A DNA stretch of 63,336 nt, the filler included, from Octopus bimaculoides (Eukaryota), in NCBI RefSeq assembly GCF_001194135.2. It is 6 parts of 6 records of this genome, joined end to end, with 100 filler letters (N's around TTAATTAATTAA, not from the genome) between each part and the next. Parts side by side here need not be neighbours in the genome. Positions count along the whole stretch, not along the records: positions 25,520 to 28,429 come from NW_026326423.1; positions 28,530 to 32,421 come from NC_068986.1; positions 32,522 to 50,373 come from NC_069008.1; 3 more parts are not named here. One strand, 5' to 3'. The notes under the pieces are model-generated. The model was not told where the DNA came from. It did no database searches and saw only the letters and a program-made list of their open reading frames with translations. Below, one piece after another: positions 26,929 through 38,954 of the stretch. Every line of letters starts with the position of its first letter. Positions within the stretch are counted from its first letter, which is position 1. A program made the translations under genes and the position numbers.

Positions 26929-27330
26929 AAATCTTCCACCAAACCTTAGTCACAATTTATGTTCCTAACACTAGCTTAATGATAACTAAGTTATTTTACT
27001 AAATTCTTTGTTATATTTCAAATTAATTGAAAGAAACACAGAGCATCTCAACAGAAATATGGTAACAGAAGGGTTAAAATATATAATAGAGTAACAATTC
27101 TTAACCCTTTTGATACCAACCCAGCTGAAACAGCCTCTGACTCTGTAGTACAAATGTCTTGTTTTCAGAAGTTTTGAATTAAAATCTTCTACCAAACCTT
27201 AGTCACAATTTATGTTCCTAACACTAGCTTAATGATAACTAAGTTATTTTACTAAATTCTTTGGTATATTTAAAATTAATTGAAAGAAACACAGAACATC
27301 TCAAAATAAATACAGTAATGAAAGGGTTAA
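26929..27330. mobile_element. Two tandem copies of a TTAA-flanked (piggyBac-like) MITE
   Basis: Complete copy TTAACCCTTTT...AAAGGGTTAA (27101-27330); 26929-27077 repeats its 3' ~150 bp. Confidence 0.65.
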
Positions 27331-27752
27331 AGAGGTGCTGATCTCCAATTGTGGAGGGAACCTGTGGAAGAAGTAGACCTAGGAAGACATGGGATGAAGT
27401 GGTGAGAAAGGATCTTCAAATGCTGGGCCTCACTGAAGAAATAAAAAGGGACTGGGGAATTGTGGTGATTTGCTGTACTTGAGAAGACCTGTAAACCTAA
27501 GTAAAACTGCGGTCCTCCACACGTACAGGGTTGTTCTTTACAGGTGCTGGTGCCATGTGAAATGTTCTCGTGTCAGTGCTGCGTAAACGCATGTAAAAAC
27601 CACCCCCAGGACACTCTGTTAAGTGGTTGGCATTAGGAAGGGCATCCAGCTGTAGAAACCATGCCTCAGCAGACAGCTGGAGTTTGGACAGCTCCTTACC
27701 TGACCAACTCCTGTCAAACCATCCAACCCATGCCAGCATGGAAAATGGACAT

Positions 27753-27792
<40 letters not shown>

Positions 27793-27795
27793 AGT
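27331..27795 (+). mobile_element. RTE LINE 3' end with (GAT)n tail
   Basis: VEGTCGRSRPRKTWDEVVRKDLQMLGLTEE, then the shared 3' UTR and GAT repeats. Confidence 0.85.
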
Positions 27796-27891
27796 GATGA
27801 TATATATACATATATATTTATATTACTCTACCTTTGGTATTTGAGTACTCTTTTTTCCACCTTGTTTCACATTTATGTGCTTTCTCTGGTA

Positions 27892-27967
<76 letters not shown>

Positions 27968-28529
27968 TGTTTCTTTATTAACCACACAGGGCTGAACACA
28001 GAGAGGACAAGTTACAAGGTAGAGCTTTTCTTTTTGGGGAGGAGAAGGAAGGGAAAAAAAAGGGGGTGGGTAGATTTTCAATCAAAAGGGATCGTAAAAA
28101 AAAAAGAATAAATGGGAATCATGTATCCCAAAGATAGAGAGATAGATAGATAGGTATGTATGTATGTATATGAATGAAACGGAGCCCATCATTTGTCAGG
28201 TTGCAAATAGGGCAATAAAGAAGATGTACTGAAGAAGTTAGTTACAACTAAAATAGGATGGGAGCTGTGACACAAAAATCTACCTGAAATAAATACCCTG
28301 CGAAATAATGCTGTACCTAAAATATCTACATCACCTATTTTATTCTTAGTCATCCATCAACTAAAGAGTACTTTCAGTCATCTGTGCACCACCACCCTCA
28401 CCACCACCACCACCACCACCACCCTCACCNNNNNNNNNNNNNNNNNNNNNNNNNNNNNNNNNNNNNNNNNNNNTTAATTAATTAANNNNNNNNNNNNNNN
28501 NNNNNNNNNNNNNNNNNNNNNNNNNNNNN

Positions 28530-28880
28530 ACATACATATATACTTCCCAACCACATGGTCCTGGGTTCAATCCCACTGCGTGGCAACTTGAGTAAGTGGG
28601 TTATAAGGTAGCCTCGGGTCGGCCAAAATCTTGAGAGTGAATTTAGTAGACGGAAACTGAAAGAAGCACGTCGTATATGTATATATGTATATGTATATTT
28701 ATATGTATGCTTCTTTTTGTCTGTGTTTGTCCACCCACCATCGATTGACAACCGATATTGGTGTGTATATGTCCCCGTAACTTAGTGGTTCGGAAAAAGA
28801 GACCAATAGAATAAGTACAAGGCTTACAAAAAATAAGTCCTGGGATCGATTTCTTCGACTAAAACCCTTCGACTGAAACA
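28530..28880 (+). mobile_element. Composite tRNA-SINE copy
   Basis: Same head, tail and internal microsatellite as 22975-23373. Confidence 0.8.
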
Positions 28881-29954
28881 TATAGAAGAATAAAAGAATA
28901 TATATTTCTTCCAGTTCTTTATGTTCTGAGCTCAAATTCGACCAAAGACGATATTGCTTTTCAGCCTTTCGGGGTCAATAAAACTAAGTACCATTTCCAC
29001 GCTTGGGTAGATGCAATCAGCTTCTCTATCTCTCAATATATATATATATATANNNNNNNNNNNNNNNNNNNNNNNNNNNNNNNNNNNNNNNNNNNNNNNN
29101 NNNNNNNNNNNNNNNNNNNNNNNNNNNNNNNNNNNNNNNNNNNNNNNNNNNNNNNNNNNNNNNNNNNNNNNNNNNNNNNNNNNNNNNNNNNNNNNNNNNN
29201 NNNNNNNNNNNNNNNNNNNNNNNNNNNNNNNNNNNNNNNNNNNNNNNNNNNNNNNNNNNNNNNNNNNNNNNNNNNNNNNNNNNNNNNNNNNNNNNNNNNN
29301 NNNNNNNNNNNNNNNNNNNNNNNNNNNNNNNNNNNNNNNNNNNNNNNNNNNNNNNNNNNNNNNNNNNNNNNNNNNNNNNNNNNNNNNNNNNNNNNNNNNN
29401 NNNNNNNNNNNNNNNNNNNNNNNNNNNNNNNNNNNNNNNNNNNNNNNNNNNNNNNNNNNNNNNNNNNNNNNNNNNNNNNNNNNNNNNNNNNNNNNNNNNN
29501 NNNNNNNNNNNNNNNNNNNNNNNNNNNNNNNNNNNNNNNNNNNNNNNNNNNNNNNNNNNNNNNNNNNNNNNNNNNNNNNNNNNNNNNNNNNNNNNNNNNN
29601 NNNNNNNNNNNNNNNNNNNNNNNNNNNNNNNNNNNNNNNNNNNNNNNNNNNNNNNNNNNNNNNNNNNNNNNNNNNNNNNNNNNNNNNNNNNNNNNNNNNN
29701 NNNNNNNNNNNNNNNNNNNNNNNNNNNNNNNNNNNNNNNNNNNNNNNNNNNNNNNNNNNNNNNNNNNNNNNNNNNNNNNNNNNNNNNNNNNNNNNNNNNN
29801 NNNNNNNNNNNNNNNNNNNNNNNNNNNNNNNNNNNNNNNNNNNNNNNNNNNNNNNNNNNNNNNNNNNNNNNNNNNNNNNNNNNNNNNNNNNNNNNNNNNN
29901 NNNNNNNNNNNNNNNNNNNNNNNNNTATATATATATATATATTCATTTATTCTT

Positions 29955-30335
29955 TTATTTGATTGTTTCAGTCATTTGACTGTGGTCATGCTGGAGCACC
30001 GCCTTTAGTCGAACAGATCGACTCCAGGACTTATTTTTGGTAAGCCTAGTACTTATTCTATCGGTCTCTTTTGCCGAACCGCTAATGTTACGGGGCCGTA
30101 AACACACCAACATCGGTTGTCAAGCAATGGCAGGGGAGACAAACACAGACACACAAACATATACACATACCTATACACGACAGGCTTCTTTCAGTTTTCG
30201 TCTACCAAATCCACTCACAAGGCTTTGGTCGGCCGGAGGCTATTGTAGAAAACACTTGTTAAGGTGCCATGCAGTGGGACTGAACCCGAAACCATGTGGC
30301 TGGTAAGCAAGCTATTTACCACACAGCCACTCCTG
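29955..30335 (-). mobile_element. Composite tRNA-SINE copy
   Basis: Reverse complement of the same family, including GGCGGTGCTCCAGCATGACCACAGTCAAATGACTGAAAC. Confidence 0.85.
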
Positions 30336-30402
30336 CATACATATATATGCTTATACACACACATATATACACATGCACGTGCGCGCGCGCACATACATAT
30401 AT

Positions 30403-30442
<40 letters not shown>

Positions 30443-30544
30443 ACACACACACTCAAATGTGTATATATAAATATATATATATATATAAACATTAAGGAAA
30501 GAATGCAGTAGCTGGCATTACATTTATTCCATGATTATATATAC

Positions 30545-30727
30545 GGGCGAAATGCTAAGCGGTAATTTGTCTGCCTTTACGTTCTAAGTTCAAATTCCGC
30601 CGAGGTCGACTTTGCCTTTCATCCTTTCCGGGTCGATAAATTAAGTACCAATTGCGTACTGGGGTCGATTTAATCGACTGGCCTCCTCTCCAAAAATTTC
30701 AGGCCTTGTACCTTGAGTAGAAAAGAT
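30545..30727 (+). mobile_element. tRNA-derived SINE, second family
   Basis: AAATGCTAAGCGGTA..GTTCAAATTCCGCCGAGGTCGACTTTGCCTTTCATCCTTT..GGGGTCGAT; relatives at 36755-36950, 42785-42985 and ~28915-29000. Confidence 0.75.
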
Positions 30728-30799
30728 TATTTATATGCGTATCCATGAATGTGTGTGCTTATGCGGGTGTTTTATGGTACATGAATGTATGTATATTAT

Positions 30800-31162
30800 T
30801 TGTTGTTGGCACTCCGTCGCTTACGACGTCGAGGGTTCCAATTGATTTGATCAACGGAACAGCCTGCTCGTGAAATTAACGTGCACGTGGCTGAGCACTC
30901 CACAGACACGTGTACCCTTAACGTAGTTCTCGGGGATATTCAGCGTGACACAGTGTGACAAGGCTGACCCTTTGAATTACAAGCACAACAGAAACAGGAA
31001 GTAAGAGTGAGAGAAAGTTGTGGTGAAAGAGTACAGCAGGGTTCGCCACCATCCCCTGCCGGAGCCTCGTGGAGCTTTTGGGCGTTTTCGCTCAATAAAC
31101 ACTTACAACGCCCGGTCTGGGAATCGAAACCGCGATCTTATGACCGCGAGTCCGCTGCCCTA
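30800..31162 (-). mobile_element. tRNA-derived SINE, third family, CpG-rich (young) copy
   Basis: Minus strand TAGGGCAGCGGACTCGCGGTCATAAGATCGCGGTTTCGATTCCCAG (B-box GTTTCGATTCC); a relative lies at 47350-47625. Confidence 0.8.
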
Positions 31163-31700
31163 NNNNNNNNNNNNNNNNNNNNNNNNNNNNNNNNNNNNNN
31201 NNNNNNNNNNNNNNNNNNNNNNNNNNNNNNNNNNNNNNNNNNNNNNNNNNNNNNNNNNNNNNNNNNNNNNNNNNNNNNNNNNNNNNNNNNNNNNNNNNNN
31301 NNNNNNNNNNNNNNNNNNNNNNNNNNNNNNNNNNNNNNNNNNNNNNNNNNNNNNNNNNNNNNNNNNNNNNNNNNNNNNNNNNNNNNNNNNNNNNNNNNNN
31401 NNNNNNNNNNNNNNNNNNNNNNNNNNNNNNNNNNNNNNNNNNNNNNNNNNNNNNNNNNNNNNNNNNNNNNNNNNNNNNNNNNNNNNNNNNNNNNNNNNNN
31501 NNNNNNNNNNNNNNNNNNNNNNNNNNNNNNNNNNNNNNNNNNNNNNNNNNNNNNNNNNNNNNNNNNNNNNNNNNNNNNNNNNNNNNNNNNNNNNNNNNNN
31601 NNNNNNNNNNNNNNNNNNNNNNNNNNNNNNNNNNNNNNNNNNNNNNNNNNNNNNNNNNNNNNNNNNNNNNNNNNNNNNNNNNNNNNNNNNNNNNNNNNNN

Positions 31701-31732
<32 letters not shown>

Positions 31733-31776
31733 CATATGTATACATATATATGCACACAAACATATATATATATATG

Positions 31777-31824
<48 letters not shown>

Positions 31825-31825
31825 A

Positions 31826-31863
<38 letters not shown>

Positions 31864-32182
31864 TCATATGTACATACGTATATATATATATAAAATACAA
31901 GATCACATTTCAAATGTGATCTTGTCAATGCAATACCGATTTTATTTCATATATAAACACTCTTTTCGATAGAAAAAAGAGAGGGAGGGGGAGAGACAGA
32001 TTTTATTGAAAGAAAATTTGATGTTCTCGCCTGAAGATCGCAGTGGCGTGATAATAGAGTTGCTTTCAGTTTCAGTTTTAAATGAAGATCATAACCTCTA
32101 CAATACATATTGAAATTCTTCCATTTATCCAACATACATAGAAGTGCGTACGTATATACACACGCACACTCACATACGCACT

Positions 32183-32245
<63 letters not shown>

Positions 32246-32521
32246 GACAGGAAGGACAACAAAAGAAAGAAAGAGACCTCGATATTATGCAAATAGAGGA
32301 ATTTATCTGTAAAAATATGTGACACTTATTCAGTAGCCATGATAAAACTCCGAGTTTCGGATGCCGGGGTGGGAGCCCACGCCAACATCTCTTCGTTATC
32401 CGGCCATTGAAAATTCGTGTGNNNNNNNNNNNNNNNNNNNNNNNNNNNNNNNNNNNNNNNNNNNNTTAATTAATTAANNNNNNNNNNNNNNNNNNNNNNN
32501 NNNNNNNNNNNNNNNNNNNNN

Positions 32522-32574
<53 letters not shown>

Positions 32575-32581
<7 letters not shown>

Positions 32582-32760
32582 TTGTTTGTCGCCCCACCAT
32601 TGCTTGACAACTGATGTTGGTATGTCTACATCACCATAACTTAGCAGTTCGGCCAAAAGAGACTAAGTACTAGGCTTACAAAGAATAAGTTCCGGGTTTG
32701 ATTTGTTCGACTAAAGATCGCAGTCAAATGACTGAAACAAATAAAAGAGTAAAAGAGTAA
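32575..32760 (+). mobile_element. 3' half of a composite tRNA-SINE
   Basis: Same tail as 22975-23373; the head falls in the adjacent gap. Confidence 0.75.
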
Positions 32761-33133
32761 CTTCAGCCTCTCACATCTACCCTATAATAGGGTAACATCT
32801 ACCCTATAATAGGGTAACATCTACCCTGTAATGCCAGTCTAAAGCTAAGCAATCACATTACTGAAATCTGAAAGCTATGAGACAATGAATGATTAATACA
32901 AAACAATGTAAACAAATTTTGCTGTCTAAGGAGGGTCATTAAGCCAATATAATGAACACACACACTGGTTCAATTCCACTCCATTTGTGTGCATTATGTA
33001 TGTTAAAACACACATACACACTAGGAAGCAGAGGTACACACACAAACACACACATACAGAGGAATATGCAGAATACAAACATACATACATGCATACTTAT
33101 ATACACACATACATGAATGCACACGTGCATACT

Positions 33134-33195
<62 letters not shown>

Positions 33196-33579
33196 CACAC
33201 ATGCACACAATAAGATCTCAAACAGATAAACACAGCCTCTATGACGGACTAAGTCAAAAGTCATTGAATAGGTTGCAAGTAGCAATGAAAGAGCTTTGAC
33301 AAACAAAAACAAAACAAATCAAACAATCGATTAGTTAGTTGGATATTTAACCAATTGACTTCCGATACCAGTGTCACATAACCAGCCTACTTAAAAGTAC
33401 CCTTGAATTGTCAGGCGATACGCTGTACTTGAGAAGACCTATTGAGTCAAGTAAAATTAAAAATCAAAATCAAAATCATAGTTGTGGTCAATGCCAGTTC
33501 CGCTTGACTGGCACCCGGGCTGGTGGCACATAATAAGCACCATTCAAGCGTGGGTCAATGCCAGTACTGCCGGTAGCAT

Positions 33580-34270
33580 GGGGGCCAAATTAGTAATGAA
33601 AGAGGATGTATAGAGAGTGTAATAACTAGAACAAGGATAGGATGGAGCTTTTACCTCTGTTGGCAACCAAAGGTTTTTCTCTCCAAGTGAAAAGAAGATT
33701 GGATGATGTATGCTTTCGAACAGCAATTCTACATGGTAATGAGATGTGAACATTGAATGTAAAGGACATGTGAAGGCTAGAGAGGAATGAGGTTAGTATG
33801 CTCTGCTGGATGTGTAATGTAAGTGTACATGTGTAACAGAGTGTTAGTGTATTGAGAGAGAAGTTAGGCATAAGAAGAATTAAATGCAGTGGGCAAGAAA
33901 GAAGACTGTACTGGTTTGGTCATGTGATGCGGACAGATGCCAACAGCTCCATAAAGAAGCGTTGTTTACTCAAAGTGGATGAAACTCATAAAAGTAGGGG
34001 AGCCAGGAAGACATGGGATGAAATACTGAAAGATGACCTCAGGATGCTAAACCTTTCAGATGAGATGACAAACGACCGAGATACCTGGCACCTTGCTATA
34101 CTCAAGAAGACCCAACCTCCACAGCAGAAGTGCTAAGACTGCATCCCCTGGTGAAAAAGGATTGGCCCACAAAAGTCCTTTGTTGGTGCCACATAAAAAG
34201 CACCCAGCACACACAGGAAAGTGGTTGGCATAAAAAAGGGCATCCAGTTGTAGAAATCAAGCCAAATCAG
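33580..34270 (+). mobile_element. RTE LINE 3' fragment
   Basis: REKLGIRRIKCSGQERRLYWFGHVMR...RKTWDEILKDDLRMLNL. Confidence 0.85.
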
Positions 34271-34482
34271 ACTGGGACCGAAGTTCGGTATATGGTGAAG
34301 CAAATATTTGCTGATCCCTTAATTATGTTTATAAATATATATGAGCTTTTAAATAAGTTCTCCACCAATAATGGTGCTTTCATACCGATGGGCTTGGTAA
34401 AAATTATTAATTGTTAATTGATTTATTAATTAATAAATTGATAATCCTTTACCCTTTTAATTTGTATATATATATATATATA

Positions 34483-35499
34483 TGTAGACGACCGTGCAAA
34501 CCAAAGGAGAAATGGTGACGAATGGAAACAGGCTCCTTTTAACGCGTCGCACGGTCGACACAAAAATATAATGATATGTTATAATACTATAACATAGAGA
34601 ATTCGCATGTGAAATGCGAAGAAGTGCCAAGAAGGAAATGATAGAAACGCAACCGGTGAAGATGTATAATAGCAAGGTTTATTGGAGCATTAAACTGTAT
34701 GTCTGTGTGTGAGTGAATGCGACATAATAAAACACAATGTAAGACAGGCCGTCATGTAAACAAAGAGTGTGTATGTGTACAAATATATGTATGTGAATGT
34801 AAGAGATACAGAAGATAGAAAAGAGTCTGTAATAAGGACGTTAGAAGTAAGTCCAGACACCAGGATGTGAAATACCAGTTCTCAGTTAAAGTAAACAGTA
34901 GATTGAAGGTCGGTATATACGAGGTTAAGGTTGAGGCAGAGCTAAGTCACTTGTCGTGCAGTTGAGGCTTCTATGCTGGGCTGGATTCTTGATACAGATG
35001 GTTTCTCGCAGGTGTCGAATTCTGGCTGTTATTTTGTGGTGAACAATTCACACAGGGTTGAGAAGCTGCGGTTGCTGTTTGGTTAGCTGTTGGTAGCTTG
35101 TGTACGTGGAGAAGTCATGTAGGCGTTGGCGACGTTGGGGACGAAGATTGTAGTATACAGTTGAACGATGGTGCTGATGTCGTCGCTGGAAACTGGCTGG
35201 TTGGTGTTACGTGTGGTCAACGACCAGATCTTGGAAGATCTGAAGCCGCGACAAACTGGCGCGGATAATTTAGGCTATTTATAGGTACAGATAGGCTCCA
35301 GAAATCATCAGAAAAACACTCTCTCACGTGACCTTATTAGATGGCCATGGTTGGTTGGTTTGCATCCTGGTGCGAAAGGACTGGAGACAATTGCCGCGCA
35401 AATAATAGTCAGTCAGGTGATGGACAACAAGTGGGAAAGAGATGTTACCTGCTACGTTCGCATTTGTAAATAAATAACCGTGAGAGAGGTGGTTTCACT

Positions 35500-35502
<3 letters not shown>
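34483..35502 (-). mobile_element. Probable solo LTR (~1.0 kb)
   Basis: Termini TGTAG...CTACA (TG..CA inverted); on the minus strand TATAAATA (~35280) lies upstream of AATAAA (~34680); higher GC than the flanks; no ORF; no TSD visible because it sits between microsatellites. Confidence 0.5.
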
Positions 35503-35533
<31 letters not shown>

Positions 35534-36289
35534 NNNNNNNNNNNNNNNNNNNNNNNNNNNNNNNNNNNNNNNNNNNNNNNNNNNNNNNNNNNNNNNNNNN
35601 NNNNNNNNNNNNNNNNNNNNNNNNNNNNNNNNNNNNNNNNNNNNNNNNNNNNNNNNNNNNNNNNNNNNNNNNNNNNNNNNNNNNNNNNNNNNNNNNNNNN
35701 NNNNNNNNNNNNNNNNNNNNNNNNNNNNNNNNNNNNNNNNNNNNNNNNNNNNNNNNNNNNNNNNNNNNNNNNNNNNNNNNNNNNNNNNNNNNNNNNNNNN
35801 NNNNNNNNNNNNNNNNNNNNNNNNNNNNNNNNNNNNNNNNNNNNNNNNNNNNNNNNNNNNNNNNNNNNNNNNNNNNNNNNNNNNNNNNNNNNNNNNNNNN
35901 NNNNNNNNNNNNNNNNNNNNNNNNNNNNNNNNNNNNNNNNNNNNNNNNNNNNNNNNNNNNNNNNNNNNNNNNNNNNNNNNNNNNNNNNNNNNNNNNNNNN
36001 NNNNNNNNNNNNNNNNNNNNNNNNNNNNNNNNNNNNNNNNNNNNNNNNNNNNNNNNNNNNNNNNNNNNNNNNNNNNNNNNNNNNNNNNNNNNNNNNNNNN
36101 NNNNNNNNNNNNNNNNNNNNNNNNNNNNNNNNNNNNNNNNNNNNNNNNNNNNNNNNNNNNNNNNNNNNNNNNNNNNNNNNNNNNNNNNNNNNNNNNNNNN
36201 NNNNNNNNNNNNNNNNNNNNNNNNNNNNNNNNNNNNNNNNNNNNNNNNNNNNNNNNNNNNNNNNNNNNNNNNNNNNNTATATATATGCA

Positions 36290-36458
36290 TATGTACGACG
36301 GGCTTCTTTCAGTTTCCGTCAACCAAATCCATTCACAAGGCTTTGGTCGGCCCGAGGCTATAGTTGAAGACACTTGCCCAAGGTGCCACGCAGTGGGACT
36401 GAATCCGAGACCATGTGGTTGGTAAGGAAGCTACTTACCACACAGCCACTCCTACGCC
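36290..36458 (-). mobile_element. Head of a composite tRNA-SINE
   Basis: Reverse complement of the family head (CCCACTGCGTGGCACCTTGGGCAAGTGTCTTC). Confidence 0.8.
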
Positions 36459-36754
36459 TAGTTTTTCGAAAACTATAAATTAATAGAATAAAAAACCTGA
36501 AAACCAACATATTAAAAAGTAAAGATAAAGGCGAAAACATTTCAAAAATCCTCAAAAATAAAGTCAGCCTTCCTTAATGATGTTTCTAGCTAAGAAAAAA
36601 ATATTTAAAGGAACAAAACATTTGGTCGTGTGACATACAGCGCCTCTTTGCTTTTAAAATATACCTAAAAGATATGTAAGAAATAGTAAAATCAAAAAAG
36701 TATTATTCTTCAATCAAAATGTATTATTTCTCTGATTTAATAGAAAATAACATA

Positions 36755-36950
36755 TAGGTTTCAAATTTTGGCACAAGGCTAGCAATTCGGGGGAGGTGGT
36801 GAGCCGATTACATCGACCCATTTGTCGAACCGGATGGGATAAAAAGTAAAGTTGACCTCAGCGAAATTTGAAGACAGATCGTAAAGACGGACGAAATACC
36901 GCTAAGCATTTTGTCCGGGGTGCTAACGATTCCGCCAGCACGCCGCCTCA
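36755..36950 (-). mobile_element. tRNA-derived SINE, second family
   Basis: Reverse complement of the 30545-30727 family, with head GGCGTGCTGGCGGAATCGTTAGCAC. Confidence 0.75.
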
Positions 36951-37779
36951 TGTATTACCATTGACAATGGGGGACCCAATATTTTTGTTTTATAGTAAAA
37001 TACAACTGCTTATAAAAATAATAATATAAAAATAATATACTTACTCGGCATAAATTAACAACAGTGTAGAATTTTATATATATCATTCAGACAATAATGG
37101 CATAAGTTGGGACAAAATTAATTATATATTTAGATTCCAGTTCTCATATCAGAGATATGATCGTTTAGAGCGATCAATATACTTATATAGATAATCATAA
37201 GAATTCATAAGTGATATAAGAATAATTACTCATGGTATAACCTCAACGGTTTTTAAATACAACCACTAACTCTAGTTTAAGGCGACATACAGGAAAACAG
37301 ATTTACCTTACCGGTGCCTACCCACAATTTTCGACATTGATAAATAATTCCGAAGGGGAATAGATTATTTCATAATTCAGGGTATGCTTAATAAATGTTG
37401 GTTTTGGTGTTGATTGTCGTGTGCAGGCATGAATGTTCTGACCATTCGTAAAACGGTGTCTTTCATACTATGGTAGTAACACTGTTTCGAAATCAGATCG
37501 ACAGTGATTTGTGTGTATTTTACAAAGAACTGCTACTGCATCAACCTATTTCGTGTTGTTGGTTGTTGATAGCGAATTTAGTTTAATTTAACACCCTATC
37601 TAAATTCTTACGCCATAAATATTTAGATTTGATAATCAACTTGGCATTCTTTCTTGTCACACACACACAATAGCTTAATTATTCTATCATTACCATACTA
37701 CCAATAATTAAATAATTAATCCAAATATTTAGGCCGTACTGTATGTAGCTCATACAGGTAATGGACAATATATTAAATA

Positions 37780-38325
37780 CAGTAATGCCTCGATATACAG
37801 GTTAATCTGTATTAAAGCGAAAACTCGTAAAGCAGAGCAATAATTTTCCATACTAGCAACGTTATAAATCATAATTCGTCCCCAGAAAAATATTCTACTT
37901 ATAAAATGTCTAATACTAGTAAATAAATGGCAATAAAACAACAATAGGATATAAAAGTAAAAATAATATCAAGATCACTAATGCTAAAAAATATATAATT
38001 ATAATCGTTTTCTGAATCACTATGACTCGCGCACACCATCACTTGTAGATGCGATCGCCGATTCACAAGCACTCGTAGACGGACTTGTAGATTTCTTTTT
38101 TAAAAATAAGTCTGTAGTTGTTTGCTTAGAAGAAGCTTTTTTTGCTCTCTATAAATTTTTCAATAACATGCAGAAGCATTTGTTATGGTAGTAGTAACTT
38201 TTGCACTTTGTTCAAAAATTTGGACCTTGTGCTTGAAAATTTTCAGCTCGCCATACAAAAGTGAGCTAAAAACTCGTAAAGCCGGGGGTCTCTAAAGCGG
38301 TTCCTCATAAAGTGAGGTATTACTG
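37780..38325. mobile_element. Tigger/pogo-type MITE
   Basis: TA-CAGTAATGCCTC ... GAGGTATTACTG terminal inverted repeats; subterminal AAAACTCGTAAAGC occurs twice. Confidence 0.65.
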
Positions 38326-38401
38326 TTTGATGAATTTGGTTATTATTCAAGTATTGGAAATATTCAAGATAACAGCATTATTCACATCTAATCACTGGAT
38401 A

Positions 38402-38551
38402 CAGGGCCAACTCAAGGCACCGGCAACTTGGGCAGTCTCCTGGGACACCATGTGCTAGTGGGTGCCTGAGACATGAAATTTTCATGACTGTCAGCTTGTA
38501 CATGCCAAAGAACAGCTGCCCGGGTCACCAGCAACACTAGGGCCAGCCCTG
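38402..38551. mobile_element. Small hAT-like MITE
   Basis: CAGGGCC ... GGCCAGCCCTG ends; flanking 8-mers ACTGGATA/ACCAGACA match 5/8 (possible decayed TSD). Confidence 0.45.
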
Positions 38552-38954
38552 ACCAGACATATACCTTTTTATCATAATTTGCTTTCTTATTAAACTGCAT
38601 TATATCAATCCATGTTGTACTCAGTTTTATTGCTTAGTTAACTAATTAGTCACTAACTATATATAACGAAGTAACTACCCTTATCCTATTTACTTATCTA
38701 ACTTACTTATTTACCTGCATTTGTATTAACATTGCTTTGAACTAATGCCGATATACAGCACCCACCACCAATGGTGGTGACAATAATTAACCAGTTAACC
38801 TACGTATGTATTTCATGGTATTTGTATTAATAATGTTGTACCAGCATAGCACTCACCTCCAATGGAGGTAGCAATGGAGGTGATGGTGAGTTAAATGTGA
38901 GGACAATCACTATGACATGTCTGTTGGCAAATGTTCTTTATAATTGCCTTTTCA

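Noticed and set aside
26425-36373. Long ORFs made of X, and low-complexity ORFs (VCVC, YIYI, THTH, SLSL, MYVC) here and across the window
   Set aside because: They are translations of N gaps and microsatellites.
38715-38920. Two exon-like minus-strand segments with GT/AG sites
   Set aside because: The implied intron is only 57 bp and the peptides do not resemble SLC5 or any family I recognise.
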